From an uncultured candidate division Zixibacteria bacterium (lineage in GTDB: Bacteria; Zixibacteria; MSB-5A5; UBA10806), in contig CAWDFP010000007.1 of NCBI GenBank assembly GCA_963801605.1, positions 1 to 64,000 of the forward strand: a DNA stretch of 64,000 bases. The letters run 5' to 3'. Within the stretch, counting starts at the first letter, position 1. Each line of letters begins with the position of its first letter. The notes beneath the pieces were generated by a model. It ran no database searches. It was given only the letters and a program-made list of their open reading frames with translations, and had not been told where the DNA came from. Shown here piece by piece: positions 8,543-18,428 of the stretch. The position numbers and the translations under genes were made by a program.

Positions 8543-9697
8543 ATGTTTAAGCTAAAGATTTTCGCTCTTATTGTATGTTTGAGTTTGGGGATATTTATAG
8601 CCGCCACAGTCAGGGGAGAGGATAATCCCGAGCAGGAAATGAAAGAGTTCCGCATGGACTGCCTGGACTGTCATACCTGCCCTAACCCTACTATGGAAAA
8701 TGCCTGCCTGAAAGCCTGTCCCAGTATGACCTGGGCTCAAAATACCAGCAAGCATGGGGTGTCTGAGGCGCCCGATTCGATGCTTTTGGATAAGCTTGTA
8801 GATCAGTATGGGCCGGTTCATTTCAATCACAAAGTCCATGCTCAGATGTCTGGTATGAATAAGGGATGTGAAACCTGTCATCATTACAGCCCGCCCGGTC
8901 ACATTCCTCCATGCAGTAAATGTCATGGTGGCGAGGCTAATCCCACAAATCTTGGGCAACCGAGTCTTAAAGGCGCTTATCATCGTCAATGTCTCTGCTG
9001 TCATCGCGAATGGAGCCACGACACCAAATGCGTCATCTGTCATAATCCCATCGATAGCAAATTCATGCAGGCTTCAGGCAAAGACTCCACCGATATTATG
9101 GGCATATCGCATCCCGTAATTACCGTGCCCGATAAAAAAGTGTACTACACGCCATACAAGGCCGGACCGGTTGTCACGTTCTATCATCAGGAGCATCTCG
9201 ATCTTTTTGGCCTTCGTTGTGTCGATTGTCATAAAAAGGAAAACTGTAATTTCTGCCACGATCTTGATAAGCCCACCGCTCTGGCTAAAACCCAGGAACA
9301 GGTTCATGCCGTTTGTTCGGGATGTCACGTGAACGATCGTTGCGAAAAGTGCCATAGCGGTACCGAACGGCCATCCTTTACGCATAATGCTACTGGCTGG
9401 AAACTGAGTCCTCAGCATGCGCAGTTATCTTGTCGCGCCTGTCATCCGACGGGAAAGAAGATCGCCAGGCTTGATACCGCCTGTAAATCCTGCCATAACG
9501 GCTGGAATCCGGAAAATTTCAAACATGCCGCGGTTACCGGTTTGCAGCTCGATGAAACGCACGCCGAGCTCGATTGCGCAAGTTGCCATGACAATATGCA
9601 GTATGATGCTAAACCAAATTGCGCCAACTGCCATGACGATGGCCGGACTCCCGGTTCGATGCCTCCGGGTAAATTCATTAAGCTCACCCAAAAATAG
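8543..9697 (+). CDS. Periplasmic multiheme cytochrome c, 13 CxxCH, with cytochrome c3-like domains
   Basis: Signal peptide MFKLKIFALIVCLSLGIFIAATVRG; CLDCH, CETCH, CSKCH, CLCCH, CVICH, CVDCH, CNFCH, CSGCH, CEKCH, CRACH, CKSCH, CASCH, CANCH; c3-type YGPVHFNHKVHA and SLKGAYHRQC. Confidence 0.95.
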   Translation: MFKLKIFALIVCLSLGIFIAATVRGEDNPEQEMKEFRMDCLDCHTCPNPTMENACLKACPSMTWAQNTSKHGVSEAPDSMLLDKLVDQYGPVHFNHKVHAQMSGMNKGCETCHHYSPPGHIPPCSKCHGGEANPTNLGQPSLKGAYHRQCLCCHREWSHDTKCVICHNPIDSKFMQASGKDSTDIMGISHPVITVPDKKVYYTPYKAGPVVTFYHQEHLDLFGLRCVDCHKKENCNFCHDLDKPTALAKTQEQVHAVCSGCHVNDRCEKCHSGTERPSFTHNATGWKLSPQHAQLSCRACHPTGKKIARLDTACKSCHNGWNPENFKHAAVTGLQLDETHAELDCASCHDNMQYDAKPNCANCHDDGRTPGSMPPGKFIKLTQK

Positions 9698-9721
9698 CAT
9701 TACTTGAAAAGTTTCATTCCG

Positions 9722-9751
9722 ACGGCACGGCTTACCGTGCCGTTTGAATTT
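9722..9751 (+). terminator. Intrinsic terminator-like hairpin
   Basis: ACGGCACGG-CTTA-CCGTGCCGT followed by TTGAATTT, 25 nt after the stop. Confidence 0.65.
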
Positions 9752-9963
9752 GATCAAATATTTCATCCTTCAGGGATAATGCCAATCTTGAATAATGTTA
9801 TAAATAGGTCTATTATAGTTAATAAAAGATTACCACGGTAATTGAGGCTTTTGTGACTTTATCCAAGATATTATTTATCTGCCGGATAGGATTACAATTA
9901 GTAATTATTCCAATTTATTTTTCTCTTGACTATTGTTTTCCGACCTGTATTTTTAGTCCTGTT

Positions 9964-9981
9964 TTGTGAAAATTTGAACAA
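9964..9981. promoter_or_regulatory. Rex/CRP-family-like operator upstream of gdhA
   Basis: TTGTGAA-AATT-TGAACAA (12/14 to Rex consensus), just downstream of TTGACT-N16-TATTTT (9926-9953). Confidence 0.55.
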
Positions 9982-10051
9982 GGGCAGGTTCAAATTCGCT
10001 GTTTCCCAACTTAAAATATCTGTGGTACTTATGAGGTAAATTTTCTCATAA

Positions 10052-11450
<1,399 letters not shown>

Positions 11451-11545
11451 ATGATTCGATTCGTCCGCAACTGCGCAATAAATTGTGATGATGATTGTGG
11501 TGGATGGGATTTGATTTAACGCGAATTGTGGGTGATGGGAAAACG

Positions 11546-11576
11546 AGGCGGGTCGCAAGGCCCGCCTTTTGTTTTT
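11546..11576 (+). terminator. Intrinsic terminator
   Basis: AGGCGGGTC-GCAA-GGCCCGCCT followed by TTTGTTTTT. Confidence 0.85.
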
Positions 11577-11718
11577 ATCGAAATCTAGCTATTATCATAA
11601 TTATTCCGTCAATCTGATTCGGATAAACCGCTTTTTTATAGAAACATTTTTCGTTATTATGAGGTAATTAACCTGAGTGCGAACGGTTGGATACTTTTTT
11701 CGCTTTAAGGAGCAACTT

Positions 11719-13596
11719 ATGAAAAGACTAATATCGTGGGGGCTGGCAGTTGTTTTGCTAATCCTGAATTTCTCTATATTAATTTCAGCTCAGGAATCGA
11801 AGATTCCCCAGAGATCTGATATAGCCAAAAAGTACCAGTGGCGGCTTGACGATATCTATCCCGACACGCTTGCCTGGAAAGCCGATTACAATCGGGTTCA
11901 ATCTCAAATGGGGGCGCTCGATGTTTTCGAGGGAAAACTTGGGCAATCCGCTGATAATCTTTATCAATGCCTGGCCCTGCGCGACAGCCTGAACAATATC
12001 CTTGATAGAGTTTATGTCTATGCTAACCTGAAACAGGGCGAGGATACCCGTATCTCTCAGTATCAGGAATTAGCCGATCGGGCCTCCAACCTCTCAACTC
12101 GTTTTGGTGAGGTTGTCTCCTTTATTCGTCCGGAAATTATCGCTATCCCGGACACGATTCTGGAAAATTATCTAATTCAAAATGATAAGCTTAAACTTTA
12201 TGATTTCTATATCAAAGATATCATTCGCACCAAGGCCCATATCCTTTCGCCTTCGGAGGAATCAATTTTGGCTATGGCGCGGATAGCCACCCGGGGACCA
12301 TCCAATATTTTTAATATGATCGATGATGCCGATATTAAGTATCCCACCATAAAAGACGAACACGGCAAAAATATTCAGCTCACCAAGGAACGCTATTATA
12401 AGATTCTGGAATCACCCGATAGAACGGTGCGTCGGGCCGCCAGCAAGGGCTACAACGAGGCTTACCTCACCTACGTAAATACGCTCGGAGCCACTCTGGC
12501 CAGCAGTGTCAACGATGATTGGTTTGTGGCCGAAACTCGAAAATATAAATCAACGCTGGAACGCGATCTCGATGGCGATAGTATTCCTGTTTCGGTCTTT
12601 GAAAATTTGGTAAAAACCGTTGACGACAATCTCGGTCCTCTTCACAAATGGGTTTCAATTCGCAAGAGAGCCCTAAAACTTGATAAAATCTATCCTTATG
12701 ATCTCGATGCCCCTCTGGTTAAGCCGCCCAAGTTGGAATTCCCCTACGATTCGGCGGTGGTTACAATTGAAACCGCTCTGGCTCCACTTGGCGCTCAGTA
12801 TGTCGCCGACTTTACGAAAGGGGTTAATTCGGGATGGATCGATGTGTACGAAACCGAGGGCAAAACCAGCGGAGCGTTTTCCTGGGGCGCTTATTCAACT
12901 CATCCTTATGTGCTCCTGAATTATAACAATTCGATGGACAACTTCTCTACCATTGCCCATGAGATGGGGCATGCCATGCATACTTTCTATACGCATCGAG
13001 CCCAGCCTTATGTTTATGAATCTTATGCCACCTTTGTGGCGGAGGTAGCCTCGACCACCAACGAGGCGCTTTTGATAAACTACTTGCTCGATCACGCTCA
13101 ATCCAAAAGCGAAAAAATTTATCTTCTCAATTTCTATATTCAACAGATCGTCGGGACCTTTTATACGCAAGTGATGTTCTCGGAATTCGAAAAGGCCATC
13201 CATGACCAGGTTGAGCAGGGGGGAGCGCTTTCGGCGGAATCGATGCGTAAGATTTATCGCGATATCTACCAGAAATATTGGGGTCCCGAAATGAACCTCG
13301 AATCATGGAACGATCTCGGCGGACTTCGCATTCCGCATTTTTATAACAGCTATTACGTATTTCAATATGCCACCAGCTATGCTGCGGCCCAGGCTATTTC
13401 GCAGAAGATTCTAAAAGGCGATACCGGGACTCGTGACAAGTATCTCAAGATGCTTACACTTGGGGGAAGCGAATACCCCGTTGATGAACTCAAGAGCGCC
13501 GGAGTCGATATGACTCAACCCGATGCCATCAACGCCACGATAGCGTTATTTTCTAATCTGGTTGACCAGATGGATAAGCTTTTACAGGAGAAATAA
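11719..13596 (+). CDS. pepF: Oligoendopeptidase F (M3B) with N-terminal signal peptide
   Basis: AAGGAG RBS; RSDIAKKYQWRLDDIY, GWIDVYE, AHEMGH zinc motif, FVAEVAST, IPHFY..YYVFQYAT. Confidence 0.93.
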   Translation: MKRLISWGLAVVLLILNFSILISAQESKIPQRSDIAKKYQWRLDDIYPDTLAWKADYNRVQSQMGALDVFEGKLGQSADNLYQCLALRDSLNNILDRVYVYANLKQGEDTRISQYQELADRASNLSTRFGEVVSFIRPEIIAIPDTILENYLIQNDKLKLYDFYIKDIIRTKAHILSPSEESILAMARIATRGPSNIFNMIDDADIKYPTIKDEHGKNIQLTKERYYKILESPDRTVRRAASKGYNEAYLTYVNTLGATLASSVNDDWFVAETRKYKSTLERDLDGDSIPVSVFENLVKTVDDNLGPLHKWVSIRKRALKLDKIYPYDLDAPLVKPPKLEFPYDSAVVTIETALAPLGAQYVADFTKGVNSGWIDVYETEGKTSGAFSWGAYSTHPYVLLNYNNSMDNFSTIAHEMGHAMHTFYTHRAQPYVYESYATFVAEVASTTNEALLINYLLDHAQSKSEKIYLLNFYIQQIVGTFYTQVMFSEFEKAIHDQVEQGGALSAESMRKIYRDIYQKYWGPEMNLESWNDLGGLRIPHFYNSYYVFQYATSYAAAQAISQKILKGDTGTRDKYLKMLTLGGSEYPVDELKSAGVDMTQPDAINATIALFSNLVDQMDKLLQEK

Positions 13597-13610
13597 CCAA
13601 AATTAAATAG

Positions 13611-13687
13611 GTCGGATTCCAGGTTCCTTTTTGGGGGACGAAAAACCCGACACGAAAACATTAGGGCGAACTAATCTGTTCGCCCTA
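13611..13687. repeat. Two adjacent REP-like palindromes between convergent pepF and htrA
   Basis: GTCGGATT...AACCCGAC (13611-13651) and TAGGGCGAAC-TAATCT-GTTCGCCCTA (13662-13687). Confidence 0.5.
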
Positions 13688-13692
13688 TTATT

Positions 13693-14736
13693 TTATATCC
13701 TCGCTTCAACCGGCCTGACCTCTACACTGATCATTTCCGTCCGCCTGATAGCGGTGATTCGGGCAACCTCGCCTATCGGTTTTTCTGCCAGCATCCTCTG
13801 AAGATCATCAATATCCGTTACGGGCTGATCGTCGAATAATATGATCATATCACCCATCATCAAACCTGCTTTGCGCGCCGGGCTGCCATCCTCGGTAGAC
13901 ATGACCAGTACAGCCCTTTCGTTTTGAAGCTTATAATAGCGCACAATTCGCCTGTGAATCTGAACGTTTTGTCCTGCAATCCCGATATATCCCCTCTGTA
14001 TTTTGCCGTCTTTTATTAACCGCCCTGCCACGAATTTCGCAGTGTTAATGCCGATTGCAAAACAAATCCCTTGAGCAGGTGCGATTACGGCCGTATTAAC
14101 GCCAATAACTTCACCCAGCGAATTGACCAGCGGCCCGCCCGAGTTACCGGGATTGAGTGCGGCGTCGGTTTGAATTACGTTATCAATCAATCTGCCGGAA
14201 ATTGATCTGAGTGATCGTCCCAGGGCGCTGACCACGCCGGCGGTAACCGATGATGCAAAACCGTATGGATTACCAACGGCAATCACGAGCTGCCCGACTT
14301 TTACCGCTTGCGAATTGCCAAGCTTTGCCGGCGTCAATGTAGGCGCCGTTATTCTGATAACCGCCAGATCGCTTCCAGGATCATCTCCCACTAATTGGGC
14401 GGCGTAATGGCCGCCATCCACGGTTGTTACCTCGATACTTGTTGAGTTGTGTACCACGTGGCTGTTGGTCAGTATAAAACCGTCGGGCGTAAAAATAAAG
14501 CCTGATCCCGCCCCGGGCCGTTCTACCGGCGGATGATTTTCTCCCTGACGGGGATTTACGAGTTGTTTAACATCGATATAAACCACTGCTGGCCCGATCT
14601 TCTCGGCAGCGTTTATAATTGCCTTTGAATATGCATCCATAGCCTCTTTATCATCAGGCCCATCGAATTCCGGTTTGGCTTTTTCAAGTTGCTCGTCCGG
14701 ATTATCTTGATCCAATTTCAGTGTATTTTCCTGCAT
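13693..14736 (-). CDS. HtrA/DegP-family (S1C) serine protease with one PDZ domain
   Basis: GSGFIF, TNSHVV, DLAVI, IQTDAALNPGNSGGPL triad motifs; C-terminal PDZ (SPARKAGL). Confidence 0.93.
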   Translation of the reverse strand: MQENTLKLDQDNPDEQLEKAKPEFDGPDDKEAMDAYSKAIINAAEKIGPAVVYIDVKQLVNPRQGENHPPVERPGAGSGFIFTPDGFILTNSHVVHNSTSIEVTTVDGGHYAAQLVGDDPGSDLAVIRITAPTLTPAKLGNSQAVKVGQLVIAVGNPYGFASSVTAGVVSALGRSLRSISGRLIDNVIQTDAALNPGNSGGPLVNSLGEVIGVNTAVIAPAQGICFAIGINTAKFVAGRLIKDGKIQRGYIGIAGQNVQIHRRIVRYYKLQNERAVLVMSTEDGSPARKAGLMMGDMIILFDDQPVTDIDDLQRMLAEKPIGEVARITAIRRTEMISVEVRPVEARI

Positions 14737-14843
14737 TCTAACTCCTTATTTCTTAAATACTAAAAACGCAATCGTTCATATTTGGGTTCCAATGTCCGAA
14801 TTTGATTAGTAAACTTATAAGCTGATATAATTAAGTTCGAAAT

Positions 14844-14870
14844 AAAAAAAGCGGCTCAAGCGGGCCGCTT
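14844..14870 (-). terminator. Intrinsic terminator of the TPR gene
   Basis: Minus strand AAGCGGCCC-GCTT-GAGCCGCTT followed by a T tract. Confidence 0.8.
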
Positions 14871-14891
14871 GAAAATCTCTATATAATTATT

Positions 14892-15479
14892 TTATCCTTT
14901 TATGCTATCCTCGATCGCCTTGATTTGTTGTTCGAGAAATTCCTTTGCTTGTGAATTTGGATCAAGTTCCAGATACTTCCGCCACGCTTTAGCGGCCCCC
15001 GGAGAGTCCTGCTTTTCCATGCGAAGCACCATGCCGAGATTGAAATAAGCCTGCGAAAGATTGGGATTGATTCCAATCGCCTTATTAAACAGTGCAATCG
15101 CCTTATCGGGTTCATTAATCTGACGATACATAGCGCCCAGATCTACTATAACCATGGCATCGTTGGGCTGTATCTTTAAAGCTCGTTCGTAATATTCGAT
15201 AGCTTTTGGCGCATTATTTATATCGTAATATGTATTTCCTAAACCGACCAGTGTTGCGTAATCATTTGGATTCAATTTTAGCTGATTTTCCAGAGTCCGA
15301 ATCTGTTCCAGTGCTTTTGTAGAATCACTCACCGGGGGCATTTGCATCTCTTCAGTTGCCGCGCCGGTTTCTGGATGGATTGTCGGTTTCGTATTCGAAC
15401 TTAGCATCGCGTAAATAATCGCTCCGGAGATAATGACAACTCCCAAAAATATGGCCAAAATCTGATAATCTTTCTTCAT
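14892..15479 (-). CDS. Membrane-anchored TPR protein
   Basis: AGGAGG RBS before MKKDYQILAIFLGVVIISG; TPR motifs LGNTYY..AIEYYERALKIQP, AIALFNKAIGINP, AYFNLG. Confidence 0.88.
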   Translation of the reverse strand: MKKDYQILAIFLGVVIISGAIIYAMLSSNTKPTIHPETGAATEEMQMPPVSDSTKALEQIRTLENQLKLNPNDYATLVGLGNTYYDINNAPKAIEYYERALKIQPNDAMVIVDLGAMYRQINEPDKAIALFNKAIGINPNLSQAYFNLGMVLRMEKQDSPGAAKAWRKYLELDPNSQAKEFLEQQIKAIEDSIKG

Positions 15480-15543
15480 CGAGCCTCCTAAGATATTTAT
15501 GCCCCATTTTATTTCGTTAATTCGCCGGCCGGGGCCTGCGATT

Positions 15544-15572
15544 AATATGTCCCCCCCGGGTGTTGATGTCAA
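15544..15572 (-). promoter_or_regulatory. Sigma70 promoter for the TPR gene
   Basis: Minus strand TTGACA-N17-CATATT. Confidence 0.6.
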
Positions 15573-15768
15573 GCCCATTAAAATCATCAATACTTCGATA
15601 AGATTAGTGATTATTACTTATCACCATGATTATCGAGTAATCAATCATATTGATAGAAAACCCTCACGTTATTTTGCCCGGCGTCTTATATTGGTATTGG
15701 ATATGAATGATTAAGCGTTCTTATATTTCGAGGATCAATGGAATTCAAATGAGGATCGTAAAAATTAA

Positions 15769-16671
15769 ATGATAGGACGGGTTATTGGCGTATACGGCCC
15801 GCGCATAGAAATTACCGCGGATAACCATACCATCAATGCTGTACTACGCGGCAAAGTAAAGTATGGCAACACCAGTGCCTCGCTCGTGGCGGTAGGTGAT
15901 TATGTCGAGTACGCGCCGAATCCTAAAAATCAGACGACAGTGGAAAGAATCCTTGAACGTAAATCATGCATTTCGCGTCCTTCGATTGACAAAGAAGGTC
16001 TTCTTCAGGTTATGGTATCCAATATTGATCGCCTGGTTGCCATGACATCAATTGTCAATCCCATATTCAAGCCGGGCTTGATAGATCGTTATTTAGTGAT
16101 CGCTTTTAAGGAATGTATCCATCCGGTGGTGGTAATAAACAAAACCGATTTGGCTGACCCATCCGTGATCGAAAACTTTACAACTGCCTGGAGACATATC
16201 GGATGCGATGTAATCTGCACCAGCGCGGTAACCGGACAGGGCATCGCCGAGCTGTCCGTAATCTTAGAAAAAGGGACCTCTGTCATCAGCGGTCATTCCG
16301 GGGTTGGCAAGTCATCAATTATTAATAAAATCAAACCGGGACTTAAAATAAAGACCGCCGGGGTATCGGCTTATACCGATAAGGGAGTTCATACCACCAG
16401 CCGAGTTACCTTATTTCAGCTTTATCCTGATGGTTGGGTGGCTGATACACCAGGATTAAAAGATCTTGGCCTGGCTGGAATTACCAGGCGCTCATTGCAC
16501 CGTTATTTTCCTGAGTTTGCCAAAGCTGAGGCCTACTGCCAATTTGAGGATTGTATTCATATCAATGAACCGAAATGCGGCGTAAAAAAAGCAGTCGAGG
16601 AGACTCCTCAGGAGATCGCTCCCTTTCGTTACCAAAATTACCTCAATATCTATAAATCACTTAAGAATTAG
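15769..16671 (+). CDS. rsgA: Ribosome small subunit-dependent GTPase RsgA
   Basis: AVGDYV OB fold, NKTD, GHSGVGKSS, HTT, DTPG, CQFEDCIHINEPKC zinc finger. Confidence 0.95.
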   Translation: MIGRVIGVYGPRIEITADNHTINAVLRGKVKYGNTSASLVAVGDYVEYAPNPKNQTTVERILERKSCISRPSIDKEGLLQVMVSNIDRLVAMTSIVNPIFKPGLIDRYLVIAFKECIHPVVVINKTDLADPSVIENFTTAWRHIGCDVICTSAVTGQGIAELSVILEKGTSVISGHSGVGKSSIINKIKPGLKIKTAGVSAYTDKGVHTTSRVTLFQLYPDGWVADTPGLKDLGLAGITRRSLHRYFPEFAKAEAYCQFEDCIHINEPKCGVKKAVEETPQEIAPFRYQNYLNIYKSLKN

Positions 16672-17017
16672 CAAATGCTCCATAATTTATCCTCAAGCCT
16701 TTCAAGCTCTTCAGTTAATTGAAAATAACATTAGGTAACTCAAATTTCATTCCAACAAACTTGCCGGCTTTATTGATAATGATATCGATAAAATGCTTGC
16801 TGTTGGTTGTACTATCCTGCTGTACTGCCAATTATCATGTCTTTCACAAAAGTGGGCCAATCGACAAATTCAGCCTAAAAAAGGTAAACATGGTAATGTC
16901 TTGTTATATAATAAAATAGGCGAAATTATCAATTGCGTCCAATAAGTCTCCGTTAACATATTGATACACATAGTGTTATCTTTTTTTGCATAAATGGACT
17001 ATACCCCCAGAAAGCGC

Positions 17018-17046
17018 TTGACACCAATTTCATAATTCATTAACTT
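17018..17046 (+). promoter_or_regulatory. Sigma70 promoter of the rpsU operon
   Basis: TTGACA-N17-TAACTT. Confidence 0.6.
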
Positions 17047-17132
17047 CAAGCAAGTTAAACAACTTTTTTAAGAGTAGGTGACAGTATTAGTTCTAAACAT
17101 TTAAAATTCATTGAGAGGGGGTTGGGAATGTA

Positions 17133-17321
17133 ATGACAGGCATCCGTGTTAGGGATGATGAATCGTTTGAGAAGGCTCTACGGCGTTTCACAAAATCCTG
17201 CGAGAAAGCTGGAATTTTATCCGACATAAAAAAACACCAGCATTTCGAAAAACCGTCTGATAGGCGCAAGCGCAAGCAAAACGCCGCCAGACAAAAATCG
17301 CGTCGCTCCAGGCCCAGATAA
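17133..17321 (+). CDS. rpsU: 30S ribosomal protein bS21
   Basis: [20 protein letters not shown]...HFEKPS. Confidence 0.96.
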   Translation: MTGIRVRDDESFEKALRRFTKSCEKAGILSDIKKHQHFEKPSDRRKRKQNAARQKSRRSRPR

Positions 17322-17770
17322 TGAAAATTACTGAGCGACTCGATTCCGATCTGAAAGTTGCCATGAAGGCTAAGGATGAATTGCGCCTTCGTGTTTTGCG
17401 CATGCTCAAATCCGATCTGCGCTACAAGCAGATCGAATTGGGTCATGAATTGTCCGATGATGAAGTCGTCGCGGTTTTGAGCACCGCCGCTAAAAAACGA
17501 CGAGAAGCGGCCAGCGAATTCGACCGCGGCGGCCGTCTGGACTTAAGCGCAAATGAGAATGCCGAACTCGGTGTTCTCAGCGAATATCTTCCGGAACAGC
17601 TTTCAGCGGAGGATTTAAACAATCTAATCGATAAAGCCATTGCCCAGAGCGGTGCAACCACACTCAAGGATATCGGGGCTATTATGAAACTCCTGATGCC
17701 TGAGATCAAGGGACGCGCCGACGGAAAATTGGTGAATGCGACTATAAGGGCCAGACTTGAAGGCAAATAA
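17321..17770 (+). CDS. yqeY: GatB/YqeY domain protein
   Basis: DLKVAMKAKD, KKRREAA..F..GGR, YLPEQLS, GRADGK; typical position after rpsU. Confidence 0.92.
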   Translation: MKITERLDSDLKVAMKAKDELRLRVLRMLKSDLRYKQIELGHELSDDEVVAVLSTAAKKRREAASEFDRGGRLDLSANENAELGVLSEYLPEQLSAEDLNNLIDKAIAQSGATTLKDIGAIMKLLMPEIKGRADGKLVNATIRARLEGK

Positions 17771-17781
17771 TTGGAGGGGAA

Positions 17782-18399
17782 ATGAACTGGATAGACTTCT
17801 TAATCCTGTTCGTACTAATTTTGGCTTTCCTGAACGGGTTCAGGCGGGGGTTTTTTAAAGAGATTTCGACTTTCCTGGGGCTGGTTGTCAGCGTAATTTT
17901 TGCTATCAACAATGCTGATTGGCTGGCCGGGCAATTGCAGGGGAAAATTAATTTTTCGCCGACCATTCTGTTTTTATTCAGTTATATTTTGGTGCTGGCG
18001 GCCTGCATTGCGTTCCTGAAACTTCTCGGTCATTTTTATTATAAACTTGTAAAAATTGTACCGCTGAAAATGCCTAACAAAATCGGCGGCGGAGTTTTTG
18101 GTATTATCAAAGGCGTAGTAGTGCTTTCGCTCGTTTTTCTGCTGTTTCTATTCCCGACTCCTTTCAGGAGCATCGATGGCGCCATCGATAGCGCCGCTAT
18201 GGCTAAAACTATGCGGGCGGTCGTTCCCTTGATTTACAATAACTCCTATGTTCTGCATCCGCGCTCTGGCGATTTTATTGCCGAGGTCCACAAGGGTATT
18301 TATGTCAATGGTTCCACGCTGGCTTTTAATGACAGCGACAGTACCACCGTGTCCAGGCTCGACCAGTATAAAAAAGCGGCGGCAGCAGCTAAGCAGTAA
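17782..18399 (+). CDS. cvpA: CvpA (colicin V production) family membrane protein
   Basis: MNWIDFLIL..GFRRGFFKE and NKIGGGVFGIIKG motifs; upstream of mutS2. Confidence 0.88.
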   Translation: MNWIDFLILFVLILAFLNGFRRGFFKEISTFLGLVVSVIFAINNADWLAGQLQGKINFSPTILFLFSYILVLAACIAFLKLLGHFYYKLVKIVPLKMPNKIGGGVFGIIKGVVVLSLVFLLFLFPTPFRSIDGAIDSAAMAKTMRAVVPLIYNNSYVLHPRSGDFIAEVHKGIYVNGSTLAFNDSDSTTVSRLDQYKKAAAAAKQ

Positions 18400-18428
18400 A
18401 TCGTAGTATTTGGGGTTTATTAATATCT

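Noticed and set aside
16719..16919. 66-aa ORF between rsgA and rpsU
   Set aside because: TTG start, no RBS, AT-rich intergenic context and no recognisable motif.
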